Part shown: positions 34,901 through 47,444 of the stretch, one piece after another
How positions within the stretch are numbered: position 1 is the first letter of the stretch
Layout: each line of letters starts with the position of its first letter
From: Macrostomum lignano
Taxonomy: Eukaryota
NCBI GenBank assembly: GCA_002269645.1
Contig: NIVC01001907.1
Span: 1-64,000, forward strand
Direction of reading: 5' to 3'
Length of the DNA: 64,000 nt
Translations under genes and position numbers: made by a program
Notes under the pieces: model-generated
The model's input: only the letters and a program-made list of their open reading frames with translations
What the model was told of the DNA's origin: nothing
Databases searched by the model: none

Positions 34901-37900
34901 CGGTTTTGTCTATCGTGTTCAGCATAGCAGAATTAGTTAAATGACACAGAGAACTAGTTTGCCGGAAGGCAGAGTCTCACAAAAAACACAAAATACACGT
35001 TTCAATGGGTATTTTACATGTAAACGTATCAAAAAAAGAAACCTCCACAAAATTTTTGCGCCTATAGCTATTGGCAAGCGGTTTTTTTTACTGTGCTTGT
35101 ATTGTCAATAGGTAATGAAAAATATAAAGAGAAACAATGCAGGAAAAGGATTTCATGGAAAATTTTGGATTTGAAATTTTGCATAGAGCCATATGGGCAT
35201 TAAAAGAAAAAAAAAATTTTTTTTAACACCAGAAAAATGTTTCTAAATTATCCCTTTACACTATAAAACCTTTGTTTCCATTATAAGAAACACATTGCAG
35301 CTAAGAAAAAGCATTTTCTGAACCACTGTTTTTTTATTCATTTTGGCTTCAATTTTATATTCCTCCTAAAAAATGGTCAACTTTAAAAATAGACAGTGCA
35401 AAAAGTATAACAAAGCTAGACTTGCAGTTGGTGTCATTTGAAAGAGCTCCTTTTTACCTTTTAAATGCATATTTTACTTTCATCCTGGCTTCTATAGTTT
35501 CTTTAAAATCGCCCTTGAAAAATTGGACTTTTTTCTTACTTTTTTGCCATTGGCACGCACTTCTTATAACTCACTGAAGTCCCTATATTAGGCTATTTTG
35601 TTCTGTTGTAGGCCTCTTAGCCTTAGATAGGCCCTAGCTTCTTCCTTAGGCCTAAATAGTTTTTGTTTTGATTTTTATGTCAAAAGTAATAAATAATTTC
35701 CATGAGCCTATAGCTAGGTTTATTTTTTATATGTAAAGTGTATATATGCACTTTTAATTTAAAATTGCACCCAGAAATTGAAAATTGCAATTTAGGGACA
35801 GTCCTATAACCTGATTTTCTGTTAAACTTGAAGCCTCATTTGCATTGCCCTAAAAATAAAATAAGAAAAATAAGAAATTGCACTTTGAGCCTTAAAATTG
35901 CACTATAAAAATGAGTATAGAATGCACTTTTGTACCTTGTCTCTGGCAAAAAAGAAAACCTTGGCCTATAGGCCTTTATATATTGCTTCCTCTTTGCCTT
36001 TATTATTGGCTAATGGCATATATATGATGTTTTCAATATATCAATATTTTGAATATTAGGCCTAGTCATTAGTGCTTTTTTCTTGGCTAGGCCAATGAAA
36101 ATTTAAATAAAAAATAGATATAGCCTTATAATTTATTATTAGGCCTATATCACATTCAAAAATTAGATTAGGCCTAATAGAGAATAAATAGAGTTGGTAT
36201 GCCTAGAAGTTTTATATAAAATTGATATTCTAATCTTTTTATTTTGCTTTGAGATTAGGCCCTAAGCTTTAGCCTATGTATTTAAGCCTAAGGCAAAGTT
36301 ATTGTATAATACACTTGTGTGAATATATAGTAGGGGCCTAGGCAATTTATTTATTAGATTTTTAATGTATATTAGTATAATAATCTATTATTTATTATTT
36401 TTTGTTTTTTTACTTATGAATTTCAAATTATTTCAGCCTAACAACCTATAAACTATAACCTTTATTAAACTTATCCTTTTCAGCCTTATCAACACATGCT
36501 ATCCATCATAGTGGAAGCTAACCTGGATCTTGAATCTTCCTGGATTGAGCTAATTCTAAACTAGTAGTTGGCTAGCAAAGGATCAATTTACAGCAAGTTT
36601 TCCACTAAGCAATGAGCAACTTGGTCATTATTGCATTAACCAAGTATTTCCATGCAATGACTGGGTATGATGCATTATAAAATTATACACTTGCACTTGA
36701 GTATTTTTGCATTTTTATTTAGTGTATTTTAACTTGTTTTTGATTCACCATTTTATTGCTTGTGACTTTTAAACTGTCCCTTTTATAAAATGAAAATATA
36801 AATCATAAATCATAAATTACATTGAACCATGTTTAGAAGCCTACTAAATAGCTTCTCTTTCATATCAATATTGCCTGAAACGAAACAAAAGAGTGCTGTA
36901 ATATTTTTAGTCATTTTTCTTTTAAACAACTGTGATTGCAATGGCAACAGCATTTCTTAAATGATCTTGGGCAAGATGTCTTCTGCAAGTCATCTGGAAG
37001 ATGTCTTTAAGTAGATTTTAAGATGTCTTGAAGATGTCTGAAGACGTCTTTAAGTTATCTCTAAGTTGTCTACAAGTGTTGCAAGGAGCCAATTTTTAGA
37101 CCGAATTAAGTCAATTGTAAGATGTCTTGAAGACATCTTTCTGTCTTATGCAAGACATCTTCAAGACATAATTAAGCCAACTTTTTTTGATCGGGATATG
37201 TATAGTAATTCATTTTGCGGTCCACTTTAAGCTAACATCGTCCCTTCTAGCTCAAGAACCTCTGCAACGGTCGATCATGGTCCCACATCGACCAAAGAAT
37301 GGCTGTAGAAAAGTTCCTATCATAACCGTGAAATTCTAAGCTAAAGTTTACAGTACAGCGCTTTTAAATCAATATAATAAAAACTACATGTAATCGTTTT
37401 CAGTGGACCGTTCCAGAATGGACAGACAGACTAGTGTAACTGTACGCGCCATTCTGTGGAGTGGCACGGGAGGAGTGTGCAGTCAAGAGGATTTGATAAT
37501 CGATTGATTCAACAGGGACTGTGCATAAGCCTCTCTTATATTATGCGAGCTGGGTGCGATCTCGGACCGACTGCTGCTGCAGCACAGCTGTGAGGGACTT
37601 AGCAAGACGCCATGCTGTACAAAAAATGTGACGGACGCATGCACGGTCAATGTAGCTTGTACGTGTAACTCAATATTTTTCTTATAAGTACCTGTAGCTA
37701 TATTGTATATCGCACTGAATCCACCTCATAATTGAAGGAGTCACTGAAATTCAACTTTTATGTGTACATGTACGTGTAAATATATAAATTATACTGTAAA
37801 AACAGCAAAAATTTGCATTCTGTCTACATTATGGCTGATGAAAAATGGTAAGTGTTTGTTGATAATGACTTTGTGTCTTACAAAATTTCCGGGTTCGCGG

Positions 37901-38344
37901 GTAGGTTTCGCGGGTCAAGTCCTAATGTGGGCAAGCACATATCCGTATCGTGTACATGATGGCAGACAATTGACCCCCATATTCACGTGGATGTTTCTAT
38001 CACAACAAATGATGGACAAATGGACACCCCGTCCCCCTACCTTGTGTGATGATGTTCCTGTCCCAATGGTGGACATTAGACTTTGTCTGATGATGCTCCT
38101 GTCCTTATATAGACTGATATCCCTGTGATGATTTTCTCGTCCTAATGATGGATAATCAACACCCATATATCCGCGGAATAATGTTCCTGTCTCAATCAAT
38201 AATGAAAAATGGACACCTGCTTGCATGGTGTGATAAATAAGAAAGATGCTGCTCTCACCTCAATAGTGGTCAACTATTAACAATTTGAGCACGAAGAACT
38301 ACGCACATGAACTAGCCTGATTCTAAGAAATCTCGCGCACGCAG

Positions 38345-38884
38345 GTTCACAGCTCTGAGCCTCGCCGAGACATTCCTACTGGCCAGCACGGGGCTCCTAC
38401 TAGCCGTGATCGCCTGGCGACTCTGGAATTGGTGCGACGCCTGGCTCTCAGAACGACGCAGACGTCAGCAGACCGGCGGTCACCCGGCCACACAGTTGCC
38501 GATGGACCACGCGGCGATGCTGCCGTTGCTTGCGGCATCTCAGACGTCCGATGAGGAACTCGAAGGATTCGATCATGGCAACGCCCGCGCCGATACGGGA
38601 ATCCTTCGACGCTGTCGGTTGGAGGCCACCGAGGAGACGCGCCTGTTGAATGCCTACGCCGAGGTGGCTGAAACGACTGAAGCTTCAAGACGAGGCTACA
38701 GATCGATGTTCAGCGAGGAGCCGGGAAGGCGCGGCCTGGAGAAGGTGCTGAGCAGCTGCGCAAGTCAGCAGCCGCTGCCGGTCAGCCCGACGGCGCGGTG
38801 CAGCCTTTTTAGCGAGGCCATCTTCATGGAGCAGGCAATGGTGCCCGACAGACATGCCGTCACCGCTTTTAGCGAGGACCCACC

Positions 38885-38888
<4 letters not shown>
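38345..38888 (+). CDS. Probable terminal exon of an unidentified membrane protein
   Basis: CGCAG|G acceptor; open frame with hydrophobic [22 protein letters not shown] then ERRRR and a ~140-aa tail; GC-rich. Upstream exons not resolved. Confidence 0.5.
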
Positions 38889-38947
<59 letters not shown>

Positions 38948-38948
38948 C

Positions 38949-39031
<83 letters not shown>

Positions 39032-39034
39032 CTA

Positions 39035-39111
<77 letters not shown>

Positions 39112-39113
39112 GC
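38887..39113. repeat. (GACA)n microsatellite
   Basis: Directly visible; begins at the stop codon of the preceding exon. Confidence 0.99.
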
Positions 39114-39380
39114 TCGACACACGGAGAAACAATCCTTACTTAAACTCTTTTCTATATTACATGTACTTAAAGAAATCTGTTGACTCTGTATCCAGTATTC
39201 TAAACTGAGCACATTATTTTCTCTCGATAGTCACCTTGTGCTGAATTTGTATTTCATAACGACTTGTAAATTTCCCCAGCCGTTTCTGTGCCAATCGTCG
39301 AACCTACTGCAACCTATGAAAACATTATTATAGGAGCTCGAAGAGCCAATAATATTGGCTAAGAAAATACAAAAATACAA

Positions 39381-40934
39381 CTGACTGACTGACTGACTGA
39401 CTGACTGACTGACTGACTGACTGACTGACTGACTGACTGACTGACTGACTGACTTGAGCGAGTGGGTGACTGACTGACTGACTGACTGACTGACTGACTG
39501 ACTGACTGACTGACTGACTGACTGACTGACTGACTGACTGACTTGAGTGAGTGGGTGACTGACTGACTGACTGACTTGAGTGAGTGGATGACTGACTGAC
39601 TGACTGACTGACTGACTGACTGACTGACTGACTGACTTGAGCGAGTGGGTGACTGACTGACTGACTGACTGACTGACTGACTGACTGACTGACTGACTGA
39701 CTTGAGTGAGTGGGTGACTGACTGACTGACTGACTGACTGACTGACTGACTGACTGACTGACTGACTGACTTGAGTGAGTGGGTGACTGACTGACTGACT
39801 GACTGACTGACTGACTGACTGACTGACTGACTTGAGTGAGTGGGTGACTGACTGACTGACTGACTGACTGACTGACTGACTGACTGACTGACTGACTGAC
39901 TGACTGACTGACTGACTGACTGACTGACTGACTGACTGACTGACTGACTGACTGACTGACTGACTGACTGACTGACTGACTGACTGACTGACTGACTGAC
40001 TGACTGACTGACTGACTGACTGACTGACTGACTGACTGACTTGAGTGAGTGGGTGACTGACTGACTGACTGACTGACTGACTGACTGACTGACTGACTGA
40101 CTGACTGACTTGAGTGAGTGGGTGACTGACTGACTGACTGACTGACTGACTTGAGTGAGTGGGTGACTGACTGACTGACTGACTGACTGACTGACTGACT
40201 GACTGACTGACTGTCTGACTGACTGACTGACTTGAGTGAGTGGGTGACTGACTGACTGACTGACTGACTGACTGACTGACTGACTGACTTGAGTGAGTGG
40301 GTGACTGACTGACTGACTGACTGACTGACTGACTGACTGACTGACTGACTTGAGTGAGTGGGTGACTGACTGACTGACTGACTGACTGACTGACTGACTG
40401 ACTGACTGACTTGAGTGAGTGGGTGACTGACTGACTGACTGACTGACTGACTGACTGACTGACTGACTGACTGACTGACTGACTGACTGACTGACTGACT
40501 GACTGACTGACTGACTGACTGACTGACTGACTGACTGACTGACTGACTGACTGACTGACTGACTGACTTGAGTGAGTGGGTGACTGACTGACTGACTGAC
40601 TGACTGACTGACTGACTGACTGACTGACTGACTGACTGACTGACTGACTGACTGACTGACTGACTGACTGACTGACTGACTGACTGACTGACTGACTGAC
40701 TGACTGACTGACTGACTGACTGACTGACTGACTGACTGACTGACTGACTGACTGACTGACTGACTGACTGACTGACTGACTGACTGACTGACTGACTGAC
40801 TGACTGACTGACTGACTGACTGACTGACTGACTGACTGACTGACTGACTGACTGACTGACTGACTGACTGACTGACTGACTGACCGACTGACTGACTGAC
40901 TGACTGACTGACTGACTGAATGACTGACTGGCTG
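39381..40934. repeat. (GACT)n array with a recurrent TGAGTGAGTGGGT interrupter
   Basis: Directly visible. Confidence 0.99.
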
Positions 40935-41590
40935 GCTGTGACTTTTCTTTCCGACTTGAAGTTTGGCTGGTTTTAGTTCAAGCATCTGCAATGTATATTA
41001 TTTTCTTTGCTGCTGCCTGACAGCTAGCGCACACTACTGCAAGTAGTGAGTGGCCGGAATAGTGCGATTTGGGTAATTAACAGTGTGAATTCCTGACACT
41101 GACCCTGGCACTTACGGCTGGATTCTAGACACCCTGTCTCTGACATTCTTGCAACCATTCTCATGAGACAGGTCAAAGTTGAGTATTTAACCGTCTTACA
41201 TTACTGAGTATAAATCTCACATATCTCACATAGTAGTAATCAGTACGTTTTTGCGATTTAAAAGAAAGAAATAACAAAATATGACAGACAAATAAAATTA
41301 TTGAAATGGCAAACTTTAAATAGCTCAAATGAGCTAGTTTAGCTGTGGCTGTTTTTTAAACAGGAATAGACTTCTTGTTGAAAAATGAACAATGAATATA
41401 AACAGTGCTGAGGAAATTTCTGTGATTATAACACTGTTGCACAATTTTTATGACATTTTTACGATAAAATATGTTTAATTACAGGAGATGTTTGGCAGAA
41501 AATTACTCTTAAAAATAACAATGAAATAAATTCGAGTCAACCGAAATTTTTTTTTTTTTGGTTCTAACAGGTGGCATCCAGAGTCATCAA

Positions 41591-41730
41591 TCAGTAGGCT
41601 TTGACTCGGAATGAGCAGCCCTCGGTGAGGCAGACCTTGCCTCCAGTTGGCCGGCACAGCACAGTGCTGCAGCCTGAGCAGATCACCACGGTCTGGGCGT
41701 GTGAGAACACCGTGCTCACCTTCAGACAGC
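41591..41730 (-). CDS. RPS27: RPS27/eS27 exon 2
   Basis: CCCCGCAG|GC; [46 protein letters not shown]. Confidence 0.95.
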
Positions 41731-41751
41731 CTGCGGGGAGGGGTTAGCAGC

Positions 41752-42455
41752 TGACGGATCAGAAATGGCCTCATGACAATGCTTCGGCTCTCCCAGAGTG
41801 ACGGATCAGAAAGGGACTCATGACAATGCTTCGGCTCTCCCAGAGTGACGGATCAGAAAGGGACTCATGACAATGCTTGGGCTCTCCCAGAGTGACGGAT
41901 CAGAAAGGGACTCATGACAATGCTTCGGCTCTCCCAGAGTGACGGATCAGTAAGGGACTCATGACAATGCTTCGGCTCTCCCAGAGTGACGGATCAGAAA
42001 GGGACTCATGACAATGCTTGGGCTCTCCCAGAGTGACGGATCAGAAAGGGACTCATGACAATTCTGCGGCTCTCCCAGAGTGACGGATCAGAAAGGGACT
42101 CATGACAATGCTTCGGCTCTCCCAGAGTGACGGATCAGAAAGGGACTCATGACAATGCTTCGGCTCTCCCAGAGTGACGGATTAGTAAGGGACTCATGAC
42201 AATGCTTCGGCTCTCCCAGAGTGACGGATCAGAAAGGGACTCATGACAATTCTGCGGCTCTCCCAGAGTGACGGATCAGAAAGGGACTCATGACAATTCT
42301 GCGGTTCTCCCAGAGTGACGGATCAGAAAGGGACTCATGACAATGCTTCGGGTCTCCCAGAGTGACGGATCAGAAAGGGACTCATGACAATTCTGCGGTT
42401 CTCCCAGAGTGACGGATCAGAATGGGACTCATGACAATGCTTCGGCTCTCCCAGA
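41752..42455. repeat. 47-bp minisatellite filling the RPS27 intron
   Basis: (GAGTGACGGATCAGAAAGGGACTCATGACAATGCTTCGGCTCTCCCA) about 15 times. Confidence 0.97.
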
Positions 42456-42585
42456 GAAAGAAACGGATTAAGGGCTTCATGTTCTCCTTAACTCCCAAGG
42501 ATTTCCAAGGATTCAAGTATTGCTTCATAGCTTTCATACATTACAGGAAGCAGGGAATGGTTACAGCAAGGTCGGCCAAGCCCAC

Positions 42586-42700
42586 CTGGACACTTGACAT
42601 CGAAGAATTTCGAGTTTGGCGACTGCACCAGCCTCTTCTTCTTATGTCGCCTCTTCTCCTGACTGAGCGACGGGTGCAGGAGGTCCTTGGCCCGGGGCAT
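42586..42700 (-). CDS. RPS27: RPS27/eS27 exon 1
   Basis: [39 protein letters not shown]|GTGGGC; the spliced product is 84 aa with four Zn-finger Cys. Confidence 0.95.
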
Positions 42701-43002
42701 GGCGCTTTGCGACACTAGCGGAGCTTTGCTTGAAAAGAAGTTCACGCAACAATCAATGTTTCAGTCCTGAGCTGCAGTTGGGACAACTACTGTCTGCCAA
42801 TGTGCTCATAAGACTGCACTGTCATTAAATAAAGAAGGAAGAAAGTTCTATTTTGAGCGCATACGCGTACGAGAGTATTCATGCACATTTCCTTGCGCTG
42901 TGTAATGCAACTAGAATGCAGAACTAGACGAAAATTGTGTATATAGTCGGGGTACACTACTGATGCAATATTAAGTAGAAAGTAAGAAACATTAGTATGA
43001 CA

Positions 43003-43717
43003 CTCTGTCTCTGACACTACGTATGACACCCTGTCTCTGACACTACGTATGACACCCTGTCTCTGACACTACGTATGACACCCTGTCTCTGACACTACGT
43101 ATGACACCCTGTATCTGACACTACGTATGACACCCTGTCTCTGACACTACGTATGACACTCTGTCTCTGACACTACGTATGACACTCTGTCTCTGACACT
43201 ACGTATGACACCCTGTCTCTGACACTACGTATGACACCCTGTCTCTGACACTACGTATGACACCCTGTCTCTGACTACGTATGACACCCTGTATCTGACA
43301 CTACGTATGACACCCTGTCTCTGACACTACGTATGACACTCTGTCTCTGACACTACGTATGACACTCTGTCTCTGACACTACGTATGACACCCTGTCTCT
43401 GACACTACGCATGACACTCTGTATCTGACACTACGTATGACACCCTGTCTCTGACACTACGTATGACACCCTGTCTCTGACACAACGTATGACACCCTGT
43501 CTCTGACACTACGTATGACACCCTGTCTCTGACACTACGTATGACACTCTGTCTCTGACACTACGTATGACACTCTGTCTCTGACACTACGTATGACACC
43601 CTGTCTCTGACACTACGTATGACACCCTGTCTCTGACACTACGCATGCCACCCTGTATCTGACACTACGCATGACACTCTGTATCTGACACTACGCATGA
43701 CACTCTGTCTCTGACAC
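43003..43717. repeat. 26-bp minisatellite (CTGTCTCTGACACTACGTATGACACC)n
   Basis: Directly visible tandem array. Confidence 0.97.
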
Positions 43718-44079
43718 CCAGCTGTCCTCAGCCACTTCAACGCTGAGTATTTGCTCAGTTGACTACTCAGTATAAATCCAGATTGTATAAACCTGTATCC
43801 CATGGTGATAGGCGACGCGCATCAAAGAGGAGAACGAGCATGAGACAAGGCTTGTGCTGTGTTTGCTGCAGCCCCATGGGTATAGTGCCTGGAAGTTTTC
43901 CAAGGCCTGACGATCTGGCAAGTTGGAGCGGGATTGCACTGGAGTTCTCTCGTTAGAGCCCAGAATGCGGGGCTGGTTGACGAGTTGGAACCATCGCCTG
44001 CATGTGCGTGACTGTAGTAGTGATGTCCTTTGCGGACGACTGATCGTTGACCTGGATAAAAGGGCTCCGTGTTTGATAC

Positions 44080-44202
44080 TCGTTATGACTGCTTCCGAGG
44101 GTTACCTCGAAGGTGATGTGCCGGGGCTCGAACTATGTGTTTAAATCACCTGAAACCATGCTTCGGCGTTCTCATGGAAGAATGGCGGTAATACCTTGAG
44201 GG
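44080..44202 (-). pseudogene. Decayed LTR-retrotransposon gag N-terminus
   Basis: LKVLPPFFHENAEAWFQVI*/shift/QFEPRHITFE resembles the KLPPFW..EAWF.Q.E.QF..R.IT gag motif. Confidence 0.5.
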
Positions 44203-44500
44203 CTAAGATGAGAGAGCGAAGCAAGGAGATCAGAAGAGAGAGAGCAGGCAGGTAAGCCCTGGGCTAAGTGAGCTAAGTGAGTTAAGAACTCTCTTAATAG
44301 AAGAAGATTTCTGTAGTAGTTTAAACGAGCGTTCTAGATAGTATGCGCACTTTCAACTATGCTTATCTTCTGGCTCTTCGTCATATTTTTACCCTTCATC
44401 ATCTTTTATTAGTTGTAGTCTTTTTAAACTAATTTTTTATAAAAGGTTGCTAACAAAAAAATATCCGTAGCTGAGCACTAAAATCTAGTTTTCGAATTCA

Positions 44501-45223
44501 ATGACGTCTGCTCAGACGCCGGCAGGGGAGTACCGTTGCGACTTCTACGAGGTCGGCTGTCCATTTGTGACCGGAAGCAGGCAGTCAGAGACGCAGCACT
44601 ACGGGTCCTCAGATGTCAGACATGAACACCTGCGTTTGATAAACGATAGACTGCGCAGCCTTCAAGACCGAGTCGCTCACTTGGAGCAGAAGTGCGAGCA
44701 AAACCAACAGGAAATTGATCAAAACCATCGGCAAATCCGTCAATACCGACAAGAAATTCATCATAATCAGCTGGAAATCGAAGGACTCAAGCAGAGGCTG
44801 CATCATCTCGAGCAGACTTACAAATCAGCGGGTGATCTCCGTGTGGGAGCTGAGCATCCCGGACCTGGTGGCTGCGGACCCGCGGCTGGCACAGCTGAGT
44901 CTCCGATTGACGCCGAGTTTCGCTTCCGGCTGCGGCTGCGACCGACGCCGCATGACCGAACTCTGCGGTGGCCGTTCCGGTCGGCTGTCCGAGTCGATGT
45001 TTTTTCTCCTGACAGCCGCTGGCAGCTTCCGGAACGGATCTCAGCGACTCTTATTCCAGACCAACTTCCGGCCGATCAGCTGCGGATGCTGGATAGACCC
45101 TGGCCTGATGGAGATGAGGAACGGGAGTCGCTTGAGTTTGTGGCACCGGCTGAGATCGGCCTGGACCAGCTGCGCGACCTGCCTGATGGGAGCTCGTTCG
45201 CCGCTCGGGTCGTCCTGCTATGA
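44501..45223 (+). CDS. Intronless TRAF-family protein (Zn-finger remnant, coiled coil, MATH/TRAF-C; no RING)
   Basis: CDFYEVGCPF..HEHLRL, a heptad-rich coiled coil, then FRFRLRL..TLRWPF. An alternative frame at ~44838-44905 restores GDLVWEL. Confidence 0.8.
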   Translation: MTSAQTPAGEYRCDFYEVGCPFVTGSRQSETQHYGSSDVRHEHLRLINDRLRSLQDRVAHLEQKCEQNQQEIDQNHRQIRQYRQEIHHNQLEIEGLKQRLHHLEQTYKSAGDLRVGAEHPGPGGCGPAAGTAESPIDAEFRFRLRLRPTPHDRTLRWPFRSAVRVDVFSPDSRWQLPERISATLIPDQLPADQLRMLDRPWPDGDEERESLEFVAPAEIGLDQLRDLPDGSSFAARVVLL

Positions 45224-46844
45224 GATGCACATGCACAGTGAATGTACCAGTATAATACGAGCATATATCCAAACTGCTGATTTCAATTCAAGCTTTTTTA
45301 CCAACGACTAGGCTGATGGTTTTTACGAGCTAAAGTGATTTTTTGCTATCGCAAAAATATCGCAAAATATAAGACAATCATTTTACGCCTCCCATATTTT
45401 TATTCAGCTTAAGATCAGTAGTGATTTTAATTATAGCTTATTCTGTGAATTCGGATTCACAAGCGTCCAGAATGTGTCTGCTGTAAAATAAACAACTAAG
45501 ATTATTTTTGAACACACAGAAATAGTAGTATAAAGTATTGGATTGGTAGACGTCAACGTACATGCAGAACACTGCTTGGCTCGTTTATGCATCTAATTTT
45601 TGTTTTTCCTCGATTCGCATTGAACTCAATTAACTGAGAAAATAATGAATCGTCGAATGGGCCAGTCAAAGCTGCATTGAGGAGCAAATGAAAACAAATA
45701 CCAAAAGTTACCACAATGGCAGATTGTGCCTATGGTTTTGGAGGTCGAATAATGAGCTGACAGTGTGAGACATTGAAAAATAGCCTTGCTGTAATTTAAT
45801 CTGTTTTAAGCAATGGCGTCTATTCTATATCTATATCATCTCCGTTACACACATCGATACACAGTCCGCTAAGAATGACAAAATCGATTCATAAAACCAA
45901 TGAGACATTTTAAAAAAATTTAGATACAGGACATATGCAATTGTACGTAGAATAAAAAATGAACATAGAGTCCTAATTTTATAAACAATACGCACTCATG
46001 TAATAAGCGTTGCTACACTCCCAGCCGTGCTTTAGTGGCTTAGAGATGAATGGACCCCCTATAGTTTTCCTCTTTTTATCCAACTAGCTAATCAACCATT
46101 TTTATGACGCATATAAACCCCAAATTCTCATATCACGTGATGCCAATGTCGTCAGCTCATCAACGCGCTCTCGTGACATTGATTGACGCAGCTCAGCGTC
46201 CATCATCCTTTGAGCACTCTGTTTATCAAACAATTCACGGCGCCTCAAAACTCGGAAGCCAACGCAAAACGCAGTTTCCGGAATTGAATTAGCCGCGGGC
46301 AGTGAGGAAAATTCTCCCCTCGATCCGATATGCAATTAGCCCGCGGAGCTCTTGGTGGTCTCCTTGAGTTTGGTCACTTCAAGGGACAATCAATGACAGA
46401 AAGCTCCCGTAGCAGGGCCTCTTCCCTGCACGTTTTTCCTCTGTTTTTCTCTCGCGGTCCAACGTCCCGGATATTCTTTCCGTTGCAAATAAAATTTACT
46501 CGCAGAAAACGTTCGAGTCAAAGACGTGGCAACGCGGGCAGGAGTAGTGCCGCTTGATTTTATTAGACCAGTTTTGTCTAGAAGAATTAATGCTACACTG
46601 GCTTCCTCTTTTTGCTTTAGTTTTCTTGCTCCTTCGCTTTCCTTGACCTGCCGATTCTGGGGTTCTCTGTGTAATCTGCAGTTTGCTGTGTCGCTTGCGA
46701 GCTGCTCCATATAAGCTCTTAAGCCACTTTATCCATTGTTCACTCTGTCCTTCTTCGTCACTTTATCATCTTTATCTTGTCACTCTTGTCCTGTCTTGCT
46801 GAGCACTCGTGTCCTCTTTATCTGGTCACTCGCGTTCTCTCTAT

Positions 46845-46975
46845 CTGGTCACTTTGCCCTGTTCTATCTGGTCACTCTGTCTTCGTCTATCTGGTCAATC
46901 TGTCTTCGTCTATCTGGTCAATCTGTCTTCGTCTATCTGGTCAATCTGTCTTCGTCTATCTGGTCACTCTGTCCT
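46845..46975. repeat. 23-bp minisatellite (GTCTATCTGGTCAATCTGTCTTC)n
   Basis: About five copies visible. Confidence 0.85.
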
Positions 46976-47444
46976 CTCTCTCTCTAGTCAGAAAGTGATG
47001 TGGCACAAGTTACTTTAAATGTACATCTACATGTATGTATTTACTAACTTACCTATCAGTTCAATATTGCAGCATATTCAATTTATCGATCGCGTATCTT
47101 ACACAACAATATTTAAAAAAAGGTACTTTTATAAAAATCATTCTTGGAACAATAATATCAATTTGCACAGGATCAGGTGCCCCGCATTTTCTATGCGCTT
47201 GGCATAAATTATTTAGCAACATCTTGTCAGTATCATGGGCATGCCTTCAGTAATTCCAATTTTCAGTGGCTCCAACGAGTCAGAATAGGGGTACGATTTT
47301 CTAATAATATTCCTTGCTCTCATGGCTGTCAATCAAGAAGTGGAATTTGTCAAAAAGTTACTCAATGACACCTGCTAAATCAGCTGAAAATAAGTTTTCT
47401 TGCTGGTGAATTTATTTGATTTTTGCATTTTTTCTAGAAGTGTT

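Larger units (their letters stand above)
27384..37195. mobile_element. 9.8-kb TIR element (CCCGATCAAAAA..TTTTTGATCGGG; AT or ATAT TSD; ~200-bp TIRs rich in AAGATGTCTT/GACGTC), CMC-like, no transposase seen
   Basis: Inverted termini at 27384 and 37195 with related subterminal motif arrays (27384-27580, 36960-37195). Hosts the foldback element. Confidence 0.7.

Noticed and set aside
38043-38135. C/D-box snoRNA-like TGATGA..CTGA motifs
   Set aside because: No terminal stem or recognisable rRNA guide; the motifs are part of a degenerate tandem repeat.
39231-40991. 586-aa SQSV-repeat ORF, plus similar ORFs at 50043-50738, 56964-57878, 38685-39212 and 60908-61550
   Set aside because: These are translations of tetranucleotide microsatellites that lack stops in some frames.
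41545-41591. A-run after the RPS27 stop suggesting a processed pseudogene
   Set aside because: The gene retains a spliceable intron and there are no TSDs.
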